This document shows positions 31,482 through 39,640 of a stretch of 43,534 bases of DNA, in pieces (the first letter of the stretch is position 1; every line of letters starts with the position of its first letter). A program made the translations under genes and the position numbers. The notes beneath the pieces are model-generated. The model was not told the origin of the DNA and did not search any database. It saw only the letters and a program-made list of their open reading frames with translations. This DNA is from Candidatus Altiarchaeota archaeon. GTDB taxonomy: Archaea; Altiarchaeota; Altiarchaeia; IMC4; SCGC-AAA252-I15. The stretch lies in NCBI GenBank assembly GCA_043813075.1, contig JBDRLL010000040.1, positions 1-43,534 on the forward strand. Direction: 5' to 3'.

Positions 31482-32666
31482 ATGTTCTTAGGGAGGAAGC
31501 CACTACTCGCCTTGATAACACTATCACTTACTGTGCTGGTCATATCATTCCTCCTATACTTTCCGTTCGGATTTTTCGCAGGCCTGATGCCGTCACACCC
31601 TAGGGTGGATCGAAATGATGATGGTGAGACTCATTCCCCCCAGATAATCCTTCCCGACGGGTTTGAGATACACGTCTACGCTGAGAACGTGACTGGCGCC
31701 AGGTCGATGACCCTAAGCCCCTCCGGAATATTATATGTCGGGACGAGGGGTGAGGGTAAAGTATACGCAATCATCGACGACGACAAGGACAATAAGGCCG
31801 ATCAAGTATTTACTGTCGCTGAGGGATTGAACTCCCCCAACGGCCTCGCTTTCCTGGACGGCTCACTCTACGTGGCTGAGATAAGCAGGATAATCGCATA
31901 CGAGGATTTGGAATCCGATCTGGCCAATCCGCCGGAGCCTGTTGCCGTCCGCGACGACTTCCCGGATGACGAGAGCCACGGCTGGAAGTTCATGCGGTTG
32001 GGGCCTGATGGGTTGCTCTACATTCCGGTGGGCGCTCCCTGCAACATTTGCGAGATGCCTGATGAGAGATACTCGACGATAATGCGCATGTCTCCTGGTG
32101 GGGTTGGGCTGGAGGTGTATGCATCCGGAGTCAGGAATACTGTGGGATTCGACTGGCATCCTGGGACCAGTGAATTATGGTTCACAGACAACGGCCGCGA
32201 CTGGCTTGGCGATGACATGCCTCCAGACGAGTTGAATCACGCTCCAGAGATGGGACTGCATTTTGGCTTCCCCTACTGTCATGGGGGGAACATAACTGAC
32301 TTGGACTTCGGTTCTGGGGTTAACTGTAGCGAATACAGGAAGCCTGCGCAAGAGTTGGGGGCTCACGTAGCCTCCCTGGGCATGCGCTTCTACACCGGCG
32401 GCATGTTCCCTGAACGCTACAGGAGGGGGATTTTCATAGCTGAACACGGCTCCTGGAACAGCAGGACTCCCGTCGGATACAGGGTGACGTTCGTGGAGCT
32501 TGACGGCAGCACTCCCGTATCCTACGAGCCCTTCGCTGAAGGCTGGCTTAACGGCGGCACAGCATGGGGCAGGCCGGTCGACGTCGAGGTCATGCCGGAT
32601 GGCTCACTGCTCGTTTCCGACGACAAGGCCGGCATGATATACAGGATAACATATGCTGGCGGATAA
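31482..32666 (+). CDS. Membrane-anchored PQQ-dependent glucose/sorbosone dehydrogenase family protein
   Basis: N-terminal TM; LPDGFEI, HGWK...GPDG.LY..VGAPCN, GVRNTVGFDWHP, DNGRD, AEHGSWN, GRPVDV...DGSLLVSDD. Confidence 0.9.
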   Translation: MFLGRKPLLALITLSLTVLVISFLLYFPFGFFAGLMPSHPRVDRNDDGETHSPQIILPDGFEIHVYAENVTGARSMTLSPSGILYVGTRGEGKVYAIIDDDKDNKADQVFTVAEGLNSPNGLAFLDGSLYVAEISRIIAYEDLESDLANPPEPVAVRDDFPDDESHGWKFMRLGPDGLLYIPVGAPCNICEMPDERYSTIMRMSPGGVGLEVYASGVRNTVGFDWHPGTSELWFTDNGRDWLGDDMPPDELNHAPEMGLHFGFPYCHGGNITDLDFGSGVNCSEYRKPAQELGAHVASLGMRFYTGGMFPERYRRGIFIAEHGSWNSRTPVGYRVTFVELDGSTPVSYEPFAEGWLNGGTAWGRPVDVEVMPDGSLLVSDDKAGMIYRITYAGG

Positions 32667-32671
32667 GTGCC

Positions 32672-32721
32672 TGTTTCAGTTAATGCAACAGGTGTTTCAC
32701 TAAAAATTATACCCTGTTTCA
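32672..32721 (+). promoter_or_regulatory. Four-box operator/promoter, copy 1 (TGTTTCA-N5-TGCAACA-GG-TGTTTCA-N15-TGTTTCA)
   Basis: Boxes at 32672, 32684 (inverted), 32693 and 32715. A BRE/TATA-like AAAAATTATA lies in the 15-nt spacer. SD GAGGTGA at 32737-43. Confidence 0.8.
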
Positions 32722-32749
32722 GTCATTGATTTACCCGAGGTGATATGAA

Positions 32750-33238
32750 ATGAATGCCAGAAGACTATTCGTCTTTGGTTTAGCGGGCCTTCTTTTGGTC
32801 GGCATGGTTGCTTCAGCCAACGCTTTCTTCGGGAGCCAGTCTCAGGGTAAGCGGGGGATGTTCAGGAATCAGCTGTCTGAAAAGTACGGTCTGCCGGAGA
32901 ACGGTGAGGGATGCGACTTCAAGACCACTGTCATGGAAGACCTTGGTCTTGGGGAGGACGCCACTCAAGAGGAGGTGAGGGAGGCATTGTTCGCCAGGAG
33001 ACTGGATCAGCTCGGCCTGACCGAGGACTCCACGATACGCGAGTTAAGGGATGCTCTGGATGCTGAGCGTGAAGAAAGGCTTCAGGAGAAGATGTCTGCG
33101 TTAAGGGAGAAGTGCGGTCTTCCAGAGGACGCTTCAGAGGATGAAGTAAAGGAATGCATGAAAGAGCGCGTTAGGCGTGGTCCTGGATTCCGCGGCGGAA
33201 AGGCGGGTTTCATGGGCAATGGACTGGGCATCATCTGA
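32750..33238 (+). CDS. Secreted acidic protein with four (L)GLxExA[ST]xxEh helical repeats
   Basis: Signal peptide (MNARRLFVFGLAGLLLVGMVASANA); repeats YGLPENGE, LGLGEDATQEEV, LGLTEDSTIREL, CGLPEDASEDEV; Gly/Arg/Met/Phe-rich ends. Confidence 0.8.
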   Translation: MNARRLFVFGLAGLLLVGMVASANAFFGSQSQGKRGMFRNQLSEKYGLPENGEGCDFKTTVMEDLGLGEDATQEEVREALFARRLDQLGLTEDSTIRELRDALDAEREERLQEKMSALREKCGLPEDASEDEVKECMKERVRRGPGFRGGKAGFMGNGLGII

Positions 33239-33270
33239 TGCCTGCTCCGGTGGGAGATCATCCTCCCACC
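33227..33270 (+). terminator. Tandem hairpins at the 3' end of the secreted-protein gene (terminator, attenuator or processing site)
   Basis: GGCATC-ATCT-GATGCC over the stop codon, then GGTGGGAG-ATCATC-CTCCCACC (8-bp stem). Only a short CTCTT tail follows. Confidence 0.5.
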
Positions 33271-33295
33271 CTCTTACATTAAACGGGGTGTTGAA

Positions 33296-33403
33296 ATGAA
33301 TCCGGAAACGCTGGTTATGTGGGCTCTAACAGGCTTTGGATTATGGATAATATCAGACTACAAGGCGCGTAAGAGGGTTGCAGCAGGCTTCCAGGAGGCT
33401 TAA
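33296..33403 (+). CDS. Unannotated 35-aa single-pass membrane peptide
   Basis: MNPETLVMWALTGFGLWIISDYKARKRVAAGFQEA*. GGGGTG SD 5 nt upstream; hydrophobic helix followed by KARKR. Below the ORF-track size cut-off. Confidence 0.65.
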   Translation: MNPETLVMWALTGFGLWIISDYKARKRVAAGFQEA

Positions 33404-33455
33404 ACGCCTTATAAGCTATTAAACGATATAGAGTCAATACATTGAGGTGAATCAA

Positions 33456-33731
33456 ATGGTTGTGAATGCGACGTTGAAGGGGACGATGGCTGCCGCAAAG
33501 TTTGCAGGCCGCGGCGACCTAATGTTCAAGAAGAGCCTTTTCCTGGGGTTCATACCCCCACACATACTCTGGAATATAGGTGTTATAATCGTTGTAGCCC
33601 TCATATTCTACTGGCTTACGAGAGGTTCCAAGTCACATGACAGTTCGCTCGAAATGCTTAAGAAAAGATATGTCAGCGGCGAGATAGACAAGGACACGTT
33701 CCTCAAGATGAAGGAAGACATAGCCGATTGA
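33456..33731 (+). CDS. Small membrane protein with a C-terminal SHOCT domain
   Basis: One TM (ILWNIGVIIVVALIFYWL) followed by SLEMLKKRYVSGEIDKDTFLKMKEDI (SHOCT consensus). ATG 33456 follows GAGGTGA; TATA-like CTTATAAG at ~33408. Confidence 0.85.
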   Translation: MVVNATLKGTMAAAKFAGRGDLMFKKSLFLGFIPPHILWNIGVIIVVALIFYWLTRGSKSHDSSLEMLKKRYVSGEIDKDTFLKMKEDIAD

Positions 33732-34144
33732 TCATGGAAGTATCTGAGACACGCCTTGGAATCGCCTTTCTGGCGGTATTCGCCTTGGGCATAATGCTGT
33801 CCATACTAAACGGATACTACATAGAGGATACTGGCTCCTCAATACCCCTTATGGTCTACGCGGTCACAGCAGCGGCCATGGCGGTCGGAGCCTTGGTGAT
33901 ACTCCTCTTCCAGTGGCGTGTCAGCAAACAGCAGCTCCATAGGATACTAAAAGTACTGCCAGAGGAAGAGAGGGTGATAATAGGCCTTCTCGTTGACGAG
34001 AAGAAGATGGAGCAGACATATCTGGTGGCTGAGAGCGGGCTCTCGAAGGTTAAGGTATCCCGTGTGCTCTCAAAGCTGGAGCAGAGGGGTATAATAGAGA
34101 AGAAACCGCTTGGAAACACGAATCTAGTCAAGCTAAAGATATAA
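33728..34144 (+). CDS. Membrane-tethered winged-HTH transcriptional regulator (COG2512-like)
   Basis: Two TM helices, then LPEEERVIIGLL...EQTYLVAESGLSKVKVSRVLSKLEQRGIIEKKPLGNTNLVKL (MarR-like wHTH). Overlaps the SHOCT gene stop. Confidence 0.85.
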   Translation: MIMEVSETRLGIAFLAVFALGIMLSILNGYYIEDTGSSIPLMVYAVTAAAMAVGALVILLFQWRVSKQQLHRILKVLPEEERVIIGLLVDEKKMEQTYLVAESGLSKVKVSRVLSKLEQRGIIEKKPLGNTNLVKLKI

Positions 34145-34153
34145 AAAACAAGG

Positions 34154-34203
34154 AGTTTCAATATCTGCAACAGGTGTTTCACTCAAAGATATAGGGTGTT
34201 TCA
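34154..34203 (+). promoter_or_regulatory. Four-box operator/promoter, copy 2 (AGTTTCA-N5-TGCAACA-GG-TGTTTCA-N15-TGTTTCA)
   Basis: Boxes at 34154, 34166 (inverted), 34175 and 34197, with the same spacing as copy 1 and an identical 18-nt core TGCAACAGGTGTTTCACT. TATA-like AAAGATATA in the spacer. Confidence 0.8.
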
Positions 34204-34233
34204 ATAAATCAATATGGTAAGGTGAATTCGATT

Positions 34234-35880
34234 ATGGAATGGAAAACAATGAATTTCGGGATAATGCTTTTGGTTATAGTTTGTTTAACGACTGTGGTGG
34301 GTGCGCAGTCCAGTAGCGACCTGGCGCCAACCAACATGATAGTGGACTTCGACTCCACGACAACCGACTCAAGCCTGGGTGCTGGAGACAGCGGGATAAT
34401 GAACCTGGTGATAGAGAACACTGGCGGCAGGCGGGCTGAGAACGTGCAGATATACATCCCCAGCACTGCCAGGATAAACATGGACAAGCGGTTCTACATC
34501 GGCAGGCTTGACGCTAGCGAGTCAAAGACCCTCCCCCTCATGATAAGAGTGAATAAGGATGCTACGACCGGTTTGACTGCAGTGAACGTGAGGATAAGCT
34601 TTGACGGATACAAGTCTGACGGCACTTTAGAGCGGAACCAGCTGACTACATGGGACGTCCCACTTAGGATATACGGGAAACCCTCCTTCCAGATAGTCCC
34701 CTCCAAGACCACCTACTTCAAGGACACTCTGGACGACCTTACGCTGAAGGGCACGCTACTGGATCCTGTCAAAGACCTGGAGGCAACACTATCCTCATCA
34801 TGCATCACAGTCATCGGATCATCAAGAACGCATGTCGGAGACCTCAATAAGGGCCAGGACTTCGAGTTGAAATACCCTGTGAAGCCGGTATCATCAGGCG
34901 CATGCACTGCAAGCATAATACTAGAGTACACTGACGAGTCAGGGACCTCTACCACAGACAACATGTCCATCGGACTAAACATAGAGGATGCTGGAGTCGA
35001 CTTCAAGGTAGTCAACATAAGCTACAACCCCACAGGCCCTGGAGAGACGGTACTGGTCAAATTGGGGCTTAAGAACGTGGGTAAGGCGGATTCACGGGAT
35101 ACTACGGTAAGCCTCTCGCTTTCAGAACCGTTTGTTCCCGTCGACACGCCGGAGAAATACCTTGGCACAGTGCCAGCAAGCCAGTACGTTGAAGCGGATT
35201 TCGCCATCTCAGTAGGATGGGATGCTGAGATAAAGGCATACGCGATACCCATGACCATAACATATAAGGTCGGCGGTGCCGTATACAATGTGAGTAAGAG
35301 CATCGGCATAGACGTTGGCGGGTCCGTGATACTGGAGATAATAAGCATAGACACGAGCAGGGGGAACGTCCGCATCGAGGTTGCCAACATCGGCACCAGA
35401 ACCGCAGACGGCGTCAAGGCAACCCTCGATATACCCCAGACGGCCTCCAACCGGACTGGCATGCGTCCAGGCAGGAACGACTCAAACAGGAGCATGGGCG
35501 GCTCAGCCACAGACTCACCAAATGATTCTACAATGCCTTTCGCGCGTGGGAACTTAACCCGCACGGGCGGTGACACCCAGAGTTTCGTGTCCTACAAGTC
35601 AGACATCAAGTCAAACAAGCAGACCACATTCACATTCGAGACCACTTACACGGGGCCTGCCACACTAACCCTCGAGTACACTGGATTGAACAACAATCGT
35701 GTCACAGAGACCGAGCGCCTCAATCTGGGCGGCTCTGGGGGAGCATCCTCAGGCTTCAGGATGTCAAGGACAACCGATACCACTGGAACCAGCACCACAA
35801 CCTACCTGATATATGCTCTGGTAGTGGTCGTGCTCTTGTTTGTCGCACGCAAGTTCTACCACGGCATAAAATCCGGCTAG
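34234..35880 (+). CDS. COG1361 S-layer-domain (tandem Ig/CARDB-like) protein with a C-terminal TM anchor
   Basis: Signal peptide; repeated beta-sandwich units (IENTGGRRAENV, LKNVGKADSRDT, VANIGTRTADGV); Thr/Gly linker, TM and basic tail; next to ABC genes as is typical for COG1361. ATG 34234 follows AGGTGA (ORF-track start is 34222). Confidence 0.8.
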   Translation: MEWKTMNFGIMLLVIVCLTTVVGAQSSSDLAPTNMIVDFDSTTTDSSLGAGDSGIMNLVIENTGGRRAENVQIYIPSTARINMDKRFYIGRLDASESKTLPLMIRVNKDATTGLTAVNVRISFDGYKSDGTLERNQLTTWDVPLRIYGKPSFQIVPSKTTYFKDTLDDLTLKGTLLDPVKDLEATLSSSCITVIGSSRTHVGDLNKGQDFELKYPVKPVSSGACTASIILEYTDESGTSTTDNMSIGLNIEDAGVDFKVVNISYNPTGPGETVLVKLGLKNVGKADSRDTTVSLSLSEPFVPVDTPEKYLGTVPASQYVEADFAISVGWDAEIKAYAIPMTITYKVGGAVYNVSKSIGIDVGGSVILEIISIDTSRGNVRIEVANIGTRTADGVKATLDIPQTASNRTGMRPGRNDSNRSMGGSATDSPNDSTMPFARGNLTRTGGDTQSFVSYKSDIKSNKQTTFTFETTYTGPATLTLEYTGLNNNRVTETERLNLGGSGGASSGFRMSRTTDTTGTSTTTYLIYALVVVVLLFVARKFYHGIKSG

Positions 35881-35884
35881 CAAA

Positions 35885-37072
35885 ATGCTTGACATAGCGT
35901 TTAAGAACGTGTTCCGCCAGAAGGTGAGGAGCCTCCTAACGGTACTTGGGATAGCGATGGGCATAGGCCTCATACTCGCCCTAGGATCGATTGGGGCTGG
36001 GTTGAACAAGCAGCTTGACGACACGTTCGGCCAGATGGGCGCGGTAGTGGACGTGAGGGCGCAAGACAATGACGAGGGCATAAGCGACGACGTTATAAAC
36101 GGCATAGCAGACATGCCTAACGTGGAGAGTGTCGTCCCAGTGCGCACATACCGCATCACCCGTGGAGGCGGCTTCGGCGGGCCAGGCCGGATGATGAGGG
36201 GCTTCATGCCGTCTGGCAGCGGGAGTTCCGCAGTCCAGATAATGTTCACGGCAGTGAATCCTGAGGACCTGGATTACCTGGTTGGCGAGGAGATAATCGC
36301 TGAGGAAGGCCGTAAGCTGGACGGCTCCGACGACGGCGGCAACGTGGTGTTGATGGGTTTTAACGCCGCTGAATCAAACATCCTGAACCTCGGCGACGAG
36401 ATAGAGTACAAGCGCGAGGAGGACAACGTATCTGAAAGCTACTATTTCGAGGTGGTCGGCATACTGGAGGAGACAGGGGACTCGAGCATAGACGACTCCA
36501 CATACGTTCCTTTGAAGACGATGCAGGAGATAGAGGAGGACTATACGATAACCAGCCTGAAGGTGCAGGTCACCAACATAGACCTGGTGGAGGAGGTCAC
36601 TAACGACATAAACGACCAGTACGACGACGAAGTGCGGGCACAGTCTTTCGTGACCATTGTCAGGCAGATAGAGTCCACGCTATCCACAGTCCAGATGGCA
36701 GTCTACGGCATAGGCGCTATATCAGTCATCGTTGGGGGCATAGGCATAATGAACACGATGATAATGAGCGTCATGGAACGCAGGCGTGAGATAGGCGTCA
36801 TGAAGGCTATAGGCGCCACGACGACCACAGTACTAACACAGGTCCTCGAGGAGTCGGCGATACTGAGCATGATCGGCGGCCTGGCTGGGCTTGGGCTAGG
36901 CTACATGTCAATGACCCTGATAAACTCCTACACATCGTTCGTGACCATAATGACTGGCGACCTGATAGCCATCGGACTGGGCTTCTCCCTAATCCTGGGC
37001 ATGGGCGCTGGCATATACCCTGCATGGTCCGCATCACAGCTGGACCCGATAGAGGTGTTGCGCTATGAGTAA
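35885..37072 (+). CDS. ABC transporter permease, MacB/FtsX/LolE family
   Basis: RSLLTVLGIAMGI, large extracytoplasmic domain, GGIGIMNTMIMSVMERRREIGVMKAIGA, YPAWSASQLDPIEVLRYE. Confidence 0.95.
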   Translation: MLDIAFKNVFRQKVRSLLTVLGIAMGIGLILALGSIGAGLNKQLDDTFGQMGAVVDVRAQDNDEGISDDVINGIADMPNVESVVPVRTYRITRGGGFGGPGRMMRGFMPSGSGSSAVQIMFTAVNPEDLDYLVGEEIIAEEGRKLDGSDDGGNVVLMGFNAAESNILNLGDEIEYKREEDNVSESYYFEVVGILEETGDSSIDDSTYVPLKTMQEIEEDYTITSLKVQVTNIDLVEEVTNDINDQYDDEVRAQSFVTIVRQIESTLSTVQMAVYGIGAISVIVGGIGIMNTMIMSVMERRREIGVMKAIGATTTTVLTQVLEESAILSMIGGLAGLGLGYMSMTLINSYTSFVTIMTGDLIAIGLGFSLILGMGAGIYPAWSASQLDPIEVLRYE

Positions 37073-37742
37073 GGGAGAGATACGGTGCGTGGACCTGGTG
37101 AAGACGTACAATCCTGGCAAGCCGAACCAGTGCCATGCGTTGAACGGCGTGAACCTGACGATAAGCATCGGCAACTACGTCAGCATCATCGGACCATCAG
37201 GTTCAGGGAAGTCGACGCTCCTCAACATGATAAGCTGCCTAGACACGCCCACAAAAGGCGAAGTATACATCGAGGACGTCGGCATAAGCAAGCTGAACGG
37301 GCTCCAGAAGGCCAGGCTGAGGCGTGAGAAGCTGGGCTTCATATTCCAGCAGTTCAACCTCATACCCACGATGAGCGCGTTCGAGAACGTGGAACTGCCC
37401 ATGAGGTTCAAGGGAATACCCTACAACGAAAGGAAGAAGAGGGTGGCTGACATACTCGAACTAGTCGAACTCTCCGACAAAAAGCACAACCGGCCGTCAC
37501 AGATGAGCGGCGGCCAGCAGCAGCGGGTTGCGGTAGCCAGGAGTCTGGCCAACGACCCGCAGATAATAATGGCTGACGAGCCGACCGGCAACCTGGACCA
37601 GAAGACGGGCAACCTCATAATGGACCTGCTGAAGAGGCTTAACAAGGAAGAGGGCAAGACGCTCGTCGTAGTCACCCACGACCAGAAGATAGCGAAGAAC
37701 GCCCCCCGGACCATCAAGATGGTGGACGGCAAGATAGTGTAG
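37065..37742 (+). CDS. ABC transporter ATP-binding protein, LolD/MacB-NBD family
   Basis: Walker A GPSGSGKST, GFIFQQFNL, MSGGQQQRVAVAR, ADEPTGNLD, VTHD. Confidence 0.96.
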   Translation: MSKGEIRCVDLVKTYNPGKPNQCHALNGVNLTISIGNYVSIIGPSGSGKSTLLNMISCLDTPTKGEVYIEDVGISKLNGLQKARLRREKLGFIFQQFNLIPTMSAFENVELPMRFKGIPYNERKKRVADILELVELSDKKHNRPSQMSGGQQQRVAVARSLANDPQIIMADEPTGNLDQKTGNLIMDLLKRLNKEEGKTLVVVTHDQKIAKNAPRTIKMVDGKIV

Positions 37743-37955
37743 GCTAGACTGCGTCACCCAGACTGCATTCATGCTGGCTAACGAAACCTACAATCTGGCG
37801 TGCCAGGAAACCGGCGAAGACCCTGAAGAGTGCGTAAAATGTACGCTGAGAAGCACTCACAGTGGCTTGTTAGGCACCTCAAAGACCTTCCGAAACCACC
37901 GGATTAACGTGTTTTTAAGTGCAATTGCAGAATATTCTTCTTAGAGGTATCTAAC

Positions 37956-38432
37956 ATGAAGTCAATGAAATACTTCCTGGCTTTGACGGTGGTTTTAATG
38001 CTAGTATCGAGTGCACTAGCATTGTCAGTCGAAGCCAAGAAAAAGAAGGGCGGTAAGGCGACTGTCATGAACAAATCCAGTAAAGCAGCCAAGAATGCGG
38101 CAGCCAAGAAGGTGGCAGCCAAGAAGGCAGCGGCCAAGAAGGGCGTGAAGTTCTCTAGCACCGAGCTAAAGTCGATAAAGGCAAGCCTCGGCCTGTCTGC
38201 CAGGGCTTCCCAGGGTGATGTGAACAAGGCTGTTAAGAGTTGGGCTGGCAAGAGGAAGGAGCTCATATCCTTTGCCAACAACAAGAAAAAGAAGATCGAC
38301 AACACAAACATCGGCAGAATAAGGAACGAGCTGGGCCTACCATCAAGCGCCTCACGAGAATGGGCTAAGCAGTCGCTGGACAGGTGGAAGTCCACCAACA
38401 AGCTGATGGTGAAATACGCCAACAACATGTAG
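37956..38432 (+). CDS. Secreted, very basic Lys/Ala-rich protein with two LGLxxxASxxx helical repeats
   Basis: Signal peptide; AAKK repeats; SLGLSARASQGDVNKAV and ELGLPSSASREWAKQSL. GAGGT SD and TTTTTAAG TATA-like element upstream. Confidence 0.75.
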   Translation: MKSMKYFLALTVVLMLVSSALALSVEAKKKKGGKATVMNKSSKAAKNAAAKKVAAKKAAAKKGVKFSSTELKSIKASLGLSARASQGDVNKAVKSWAGKRKELISFANNKKKKIDNTNIGRIRNELGLPSSASREWAKQSLDRWKSTNKLMVKYANNM

Positions 38433-38456
38433 GCCGTATTTCACTCTTTCTTTTCT

Positions 38457-39635
38457 TTAACTCAAGTGCTTCTCCTCCACCCTACCGACTATCGCGAAGA
38501 ATACCGTCAGCAAGCCAAGGAACAATAGCGCATGGTCTATGCTCAAGTCAGCGAGCAAACCAACCACCGGATACAATATGAATATACTGGCCCTCTCCAT
38601 GAGCGAGACTGAAGACAGTACCGTGGCCCGCTGCCTGCTTTCAATATGCTTGTTCATATAGTCCGACAGTATGGGCGCCCGCAGCAGCTTGAATCCTGCC
38701 ACCAGGAATATGCTCGGCAACACAAATAATGCGTTCTTTGAGAACACCAGGCTGACGTATAATACGCCCGGTATGATGCCAGTCAGGAAGAGTATCCTCC
38801 TCACACTTATTATACTCTCAATCCTCTTCAAATTCATGAGTAGAACTACCGCAAACAGGTTGAATCCAGCACCCACAAACCCGTAATACTTTATGCTGAA
38901 TCCAGCCAGACCAGTCAGCGGCTGGTACAGCCAGAACATGAAGAATGTTAGGGACGATATTATGACAGAGTTTAAAGCGATAGCCCTCAGCTTAGCATGC
39001 TCCCGCAGCTTTTTCAACCCAGCCAGACCCATCTCCACGAAATTATCTGACGTCACATGCCTCTCCGGCTCCCTCATCCACGCGTAAAGCAAAAGCGCGA
39101 TTATCGACGCCGCTCCTGAAAGCACGAACGTGAACGCCAGCGACCGCGGGTACCCGACTATCCCCGACTCGACTATGAGAGAGCCGAGGGGTAGTGACAG
39201 CACTATCCCCACAGTGCCTACAGCATCGTATCTCGACAGGTAGTGTCTCGCGTCCGCCTCCCTCCCCAACTCTATCAGCGAATCGTATACGAACGCCTTG
39301 TCTATCCCAGATATCATGGCCACGCCTATCGCACCCAGGAACTCTGCGAGATAAAGTATGTGGTAGTTCCTCGTGAGGCCGAATATCATTATGTCCGCGA
39401 CGAACAGCATGCTTCCCAGCAGAAGCGAGGTTCTCCTACCGTACTTGTCAGCGATTATCCCCGTGGGTATCTCGAAGAACGCGACCCAGAGGCTGAACCA
39501 AGCCTGCAGCAGGAATATCCTCAGATAGTCGACCTGCAGCCAGTCAACAGTGTAAGGTATCACTATGCCGCCGAAAAAATGGAGGCTCGTGAAAAACCTG
39601 GCGAGATAACACTTGTGGATGTTGTTGAAAACCAT
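38457..39635 (-). CDS. MFS transporter
   Basis: FEIPTGIIADKYGRRTSL (motif A), SGIDKAFVYDSL, RQRATVLS, ~12 TM segments. ATG 39635 (ORF-track start is 39647). Confidence 0.92.
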   Translation of the reverse strand: MVFNNIHKCYLARFFTSLHFFGGIVIPYTVDWLQVDYLRIFLLQAWFSLWVAFFEIPTGIIADKYGRRTSLLLGSMLFVADIMIFGLTRNYHILYLAEFLGAIGVAMISGIDKAFVYDSLIELGREADARHYLSRYDAVGTVGIVLSLPLGSLIVESGIVGYPRSLAFTFVLSGAASIIALLLYAWMREPERHVTSDNFVEMGLAGLKKLREHAKLRAIALNSVIISSLTFFMFWLYQPLTGLAGFSIKYYGFVGAGFNLFAVVLLMNLKRIESIISVRRILFLTGIIPGVLYVSLVFSKNALFVLPSIFLVAGFKLLRAPILSDYMNKHIESRQRATVLSSVSLMERASIFILYPVVGLLADLSIDHALLFLGLLTVFFAIVGRVEEKHLS

Positions 39636-39640
39636 GATGA

